Source of the DNA: Raja brachyura
Lineage: Eukaryota
Direction of reading: 5' to 3'
Length of the DNA stretch: 64,000 nt
NCBI GenBank assembly: GCA_963514005.1
Contig: OY740827.1
Coordinates: 3,286,001 to 3,350,000 of the forward strand
The position numbers were made by a program, and so were the translations under genes. The notes beneath the pieces are model-generated. The model saw only the letters and a list, made by a program, of their open reading frames with translations, was not told where the DNA came from and searched no databases. Each line of letters opens with the position of its first letter. Position 1 is the stretch's first letter. Shown one piece after another: positions 59,192 to 64,000 of the stretch.

Positions 59192-59399
59192 GTTTGTACA
59201 AAATATTATATCCCTTTTTTTCACTTTTCTATTGATACATGAGTTTTTTCCCCCATATGAAAACTAAATAGATATGTGCTTTCTGCGACTAAGTCCTTGG
59301 TTAGATCGTTCCATTTCACTCCACAGGTATACTTTGACAATATGTCTTAGGATATTGTACATTCCTGTTCCTTGATAACATAACTTCTAATGGCTCCTT

Positions 59400-61130
59400 A
59401 CTGAACACTCACAGCCATGATGACCTTGTGATCTCGGTCTCTGAAGTCAATGTCACATCTTCCTTCAAGAAGATGAGTTCACATCAAGCACCCAGCCCAG
59501 ACAGTGTTCATGGCTGAGTACTAAAAACCTGTGTTGAGTAACTACTTTGAGGGTTCAAGAATATCTTCAACCTCTCACATCTGTGGTCAAGGTTCAAACC
59601 TGCTCCAACAGTGGATCTATCGTTCCCATGTTGAAGAAGACCACTGTGATCTGCCTCACCGACTACCATCTGGTAGCACTTTGATTCACGGTAATAAAGT
59701 GCCTACAGAGGTTGGTTTGGGTGCAAATCAACTCTTGCCTCACAAATAACTTGGATCCACTTCAGTTTGCTAACCGTCACAGCTGATCAACAGTATATAC
59801 TATCTCACTGGCTCTGCACTCTGCTCTAGACCATCTAGAATACATGTCAGGCAGCTATTTATCAACTACGGCTCGGCATTCAACACTATCACCCCCTTCA
59901 AATTACCAGTGAGGTCCAATACCTGGTTCTCTGTACCTTCCTTTGCAACTGGATGCTACAGAGAGAGGGAAACTCTGGTTGAGTGGTGCTGCAACAAGAA
60001 CCTCTAGCTGAACTCTTAACAAACTTGTACAGATGTACTGTGTAAAGTAAAGTACCCAATCTACAAGAATGCAAGAGGCTGAATGGTGCGGTGGGCCTGG
60101 CCCAGTTCACCACAGGCACACTCCTACCCACCATCAATAGCATCTACATGAGAACCCACCACAAGAAGGCCGCATCGGTCATCAAGGTTCCCATTCATCC
60201 GGGCCGTTCACTCGTCTCGCTGCTAAATCAGGTAGGAGACACTGAAGCCTGGAGTTCCACACCACCAGGTTCGGGATCTGCTACTTTCCTCTTGCACTAC
60301 CATGGACTTTTCATAACAACATGATTTGATTGATGCCTTGTAACAGTTTTAGAGAATGACCGTATAATTAATGTTTCATGTGAATCCGTCTCTAAGCCTG
60401 GGATGCTTCTGCAAAGTAACCTTTCATTGTATCTACATCATACATGCATACAACAATAAACTTGACATGATTTGGAAAAAATGTGTTTGGGATCATTCAA
60501 GCCTGTGTCATTACTTGTGCATGCCTGAGACTGTTATTCCAGCACTTTGTGTTTTATCCTTGAAGTTCCTCTCTTAACTTGTCATTGCTCCCTCAAGTAC
60601 AGCACACTCCAGCAAAACATTTCCATAATGAGCCTTGGAAAATGTGAATATATTTCCATATGTCTTGAGAAACCCATTAGAGGAAAACACAGGCAGTGAT
60701 TTCTGTTTTATGAAGGCATGGCTAATTGAAGATACAGACTCCAGTCTGTGACTAATTGTTTGGTCCACTGTGCAACTAATTCCTGCCCTCCTTAATGTCT
60801 CGGAGACATGTACTACTTGCAACAGGCTCCACAAATTTGTAGATGCTTAATCAAATGTGTCACTAATGACGTATCTATAAGTTTGCAGATGACACCACTG
60901 TCGGATCGTGAACAATGATGAGACAGAGTACAGGAAGGAGAGAGTATCTCGTAACTTAGTGTCAAATTAACAACATCCTCCTCAATGTCAGCAAGATGAA
61001 GAGCTATTTCTCGTCTTCAGGATGGGTGGTGGAATACATGCCCCAATCATAGTGCCGAATATCAAATGATCCTTCGGTGTAAGATTATCAGCAATTTTTA
61101 ATGGACCGATCTCACTGAAACAGCCACTGT
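59400..61130 (+). mobile_element. Old degraded Rex1/Babar RT remnants
   Basis: DPLQFA, LALHSALDHL, SAFNTI and KFADDTTV motifs in scattered frames. Confidence 0.6.
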
Positions 61131-62019
61131 TCCCCACAGTTTTCAGACTACTGAGTGGTCCTTCGATGAGCTAGGTACAGTCCCGATTCTCCAACCTAGC
61201 TCATTTTCTCTGGAACAGTTGCATGACAATACTGAGAAATATATTTTGCAGTCTGCCATCTTTCCCTTCACTCTACCTTTTATACTTGTAATGTATTGTA
61301 TTATGTGGTTTGACTGAATAGCATGCAAGTTAAAGCTTTTCACTGTACTGCACACACGTGACAACAATAAACATAAACCGACTGCTATCTGTTAAATCTT
61401 GCTAAATACTTGACAGGATTAAATCAACCATAGGCATTGGTTTCTCCCAGATGAACAAAGTGGCATCAAGGCTCAAGATTTTGCAGAAAAGGCTTAATGG
61501 CCGTCCTTTATGAAACAGCATAAAGCATAATGAATGTGTGGGAATCCTTGATCTGCGGCTGTTCAAAATGGAGGAGGACCACCTGGAAGGCCATTTGACC
61601 CAGAAGTCTCATCAGGAAATCAAAGAGTCTCAAATATATTCTCATAAGCCATTCACTCATATAGACATTCAGTAGCAGAATCTTTACCTTACTCCAAGGC
61701 CTAAAAAATCAGTTCTCTCAAAACTGACAGAACTGGAATGGGAGCAGTGATCCTCTACACCGCGAGATTGCCCATAAATAAGGGATATCAAAGTGGGCAG
61801 TTAAATATATCTCAACATCCCCGGAGGAGATCATCCACAACACTCAAGAAGCTTGGCACTCTTAATTCCAAAATAAACTGGTTTTGCAAGCTCACACCTG
61901 CCTTGAAATGTGCGCCGTGTGCGGGAATGTTTCAATCAGCCATGATCACAATGAATGGCCTCCTGCACCTATTTTCTATGTTTCTAATGTCTTTGAGGAC
62001 TCAGCTGCTTTCACTGTTC

Positions 62020-62317
62020 ACCCTTGCACCGTGCCTGAAGTGGTATGAAACTGCACTTGAATTCGGTGGCCTTGCACCCTGCCTGAAGTGGTAGAAAACT
62101 GCACTTGAATACGGCGGCCTTGCACCCTGCCTGAAGCGGTAGGAAGCTGCACTTGAATTCGGCGGCCTTGCACCCTGCCTGAAGTGGTTGGAAACTGCAC
62201 TTGAATTTGGCGGTCTTGCACCCTGCCTGACCTGGTAGGAAACTGCACTTGAATTCGGCAGCCTTGCACCCTGGTTGAAGTGTTAGGAAACTGCACTTGA
62301 ATTCGGCGGCCTTGCAC
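62020..62317. repeat. 48-bp minisatellite B, second array
   Basis: Same unit as 51295-51590, about 6 copies. Confidence 0.9.
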
Positions 62318-62422
62318 TAGCAATGTTACAAAATTTTGTGATTTAAAAAATCAAGTCTGCAATTTATCCCATCAGATAAAGCATAAAAAGAAGTTTAATT
62401 TGACACCTAATTTACTTTCATA
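62318..62422 (-). mobile_element. End of a third 7-bp-TSD-family TIR element, interrupted by CR1
   Basis: TAGCAATGTTACAAAATTTTG... matches 45423-45528. Confidence 0.85.
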
Positions 62423-64000
62423 TAGAAACATAGAAACATAGAAATTAGGTGCAGGAATAGGCCATTCGGCCCTTCGAGCCTGCACCGCCATTCAATATGA
62501 TCATGGCTGATCATCCAACTCAGTATCCCGTACCTGCCTTCTCTCCATACCCTCTGATCCCCTTAGCCACAAGGGCCACATCTAACTCCCTCTTAAATAT
62601 ATCCAATGAACTGGCCTCAACTACCCTCTGTGGCAGAGAATTCCAGAGACCCACCACTCTCTGTGTGAAAAAATTCCTTCTCATCTCGGTCCTAAAGGAT
62701 TTCCCCCTTATCCTTAAGCTGTGACCCCTTGTCCTGGACGTCCCCAACATCGGGAACAATCTTCCTGCATCTAGCCTGTCCAACCCCTTAAGAATCTTGT
62801 AAGTTTCTATAAGATCCCCTCTCAATCTCCTAAATTCTAGAGAGTATAAACCGAGTCTATGCAGTCTTTGTTCATAAGACAGTCCTGACATCCCAGGAAT
62901 CAGTCTGGTGAACCTTCGCTGCACTCCCTCTATGGCAATAATGTCCTTCCTCAGATTTGGAGACCAGAACTGTACGCAATACTCCAGGTGTGGCCTCACC
63001 AAGACCCTATACAACTGAAGTAGAACCTCCCTGCTCCTATACTCAAATCCTTTTGCTATGAAAGCTAACATACCATTGGCTTTCTTCACTGCCTGTTGCA
63101 CCTGCATGCCTACTTTCAATGACTGGTGTACCATGACACCCAGGTCGCGCTGCATCTCCCCTTTTCCTAATCGGCCACCATTTAGATAGTAGTCGGTTTT
63201 CCTATTTTTGCCACCAAAGTGGATAACCTCACATTTATCCACATTATACTGCATCTGCCAAACATTTGCCCACTCACCCAGCCTATCCAAGTCACCTTGC
63301 ATTCTCCTAGCATCCTCCTCACAGCCAACACTGCCCCCAGCTTAGTGTCATCCGCAAACTTGGAGATATTGCCTTCAATTCCCTCATCCAGATCATTTAT
63401 GTATATTGTAAATAGCTGGGGTCCCAGCACTGAGCCTTGCGGTACCCCACTAGTCACTGCCTGCCATTGTGAAAACGACCCGTTAACTCCTACTCTTTGC
63501 TTCCTGTTTGCCAGCCAGTTCTCTATCCACATCAATACTGAACCCCCAATGCCATATGCTTTAAGTTCATATACTAATCGCTTATGTGGGACCTTGTCGA
63601 AAGCCTTCTGGAAGTCCAGATACACCACATCCACTGGTTCTCCCCCATCCACGCTACTAGTTACATCCTCGAAAAATTCCACAAGATTCGTCAGACATGA
63701 TTTACCTTTCGTAAATCCATGCTGGCTTTGTCCAATGATTTCACCACTTTCCAAATGTGCTGCTATCCCATCTTTAATAACTGACTCTAGCAGTTTCCCC
63801 ACTACCGATGTTAGACTAACTGGTCTGTAATTCCCCGTTTTCTCTCTCCCCCCCTTCTTAAAAAGAGGGGTTACGTTTGCTACCCGCCAATCCTCAGGAA
63901 CTACTCCAGAATCTAAAGAGTTTTGAAAGATTATCACTAATGCATCCACTATTTCCGGAGCTACTTCCTTAAGTACTCTGGGATGCAGCCTATCTGGCCC
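62423..64000 (-). mobile_element. CR1-clade LINE, young (ORF2 RT with one frameshift near 63335), extends past window end
   Basis: [49 protein letters not shown] motifs; (CTATGTTT)n tail. Confidence 0.95.

Larger units (their letters stand above)
54660..59340. repeat. Large inverted (head-to-head) segmental duplication
   Basis: 54660-56798 is the diverged reverse complement of 56939-59340, for example 55424-56220 versus 57480-58290. Each arm has its own insertions. Confidence 0.92.

Noticed and set aside
61485-61700. Possible downstream PRDM9-like exon (PSFM-like word)
   Set aside because: Similarity too short, stops in frame, and no SSXRD/SET motifs recognisable by eye.
20650-62317. Regular 48-, 58- and 90-bp repeat arrays as CRISPR arrays
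   Set aside because: Units are head-to-tail with no unique spacers, there are no cas genes, the context is eukaryotic, and the units derive from local TEs.

Overview
Repeat-dense vertebrate genomic DNA, most likely from a cartilaginous fish (skate/ray or shark; inferred from HE1/V-SINE-type SINEs and their partner CR1-type LINEs). One complete host gene can be assembled by hand on the minus strand. It is an inhibitory Siglec-like receptor (451 aa: signal, V-set with the essential Arg, 2 C2-set, TM, ITIM VVYASL plus ITIM-like VEYAEL) with 7 phase-compatible coding exons at 37015-14937. A probable non-coding exon 1 and a PU.1/IRF promoter lie near 43.0 kb. A ~4.7 kb head-to-head inverted duplication (54.66-59.34 kb) centred on a CpG island carries two PRDM9/SSX-type ancestral KRAB exons, one open and one with a stop. 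Most of the rest is transposable-element derived: a Penelope-like element with about 20 hammerhead-ribozyme-like motifs scattered as fold-back mini-elements, L1, Tx1, Rex1/Babar, CR1, Tc1, two DIRS elements (one with both ends but internally rearranged), two non-autonomous Helitrons, a 7-bp-TSD MITE family, a MULE-like foldback element, a solo LTR and several minisatellites. All calls were read by eye and no database searches were run. Coordinates of degraded repeats are approximate.
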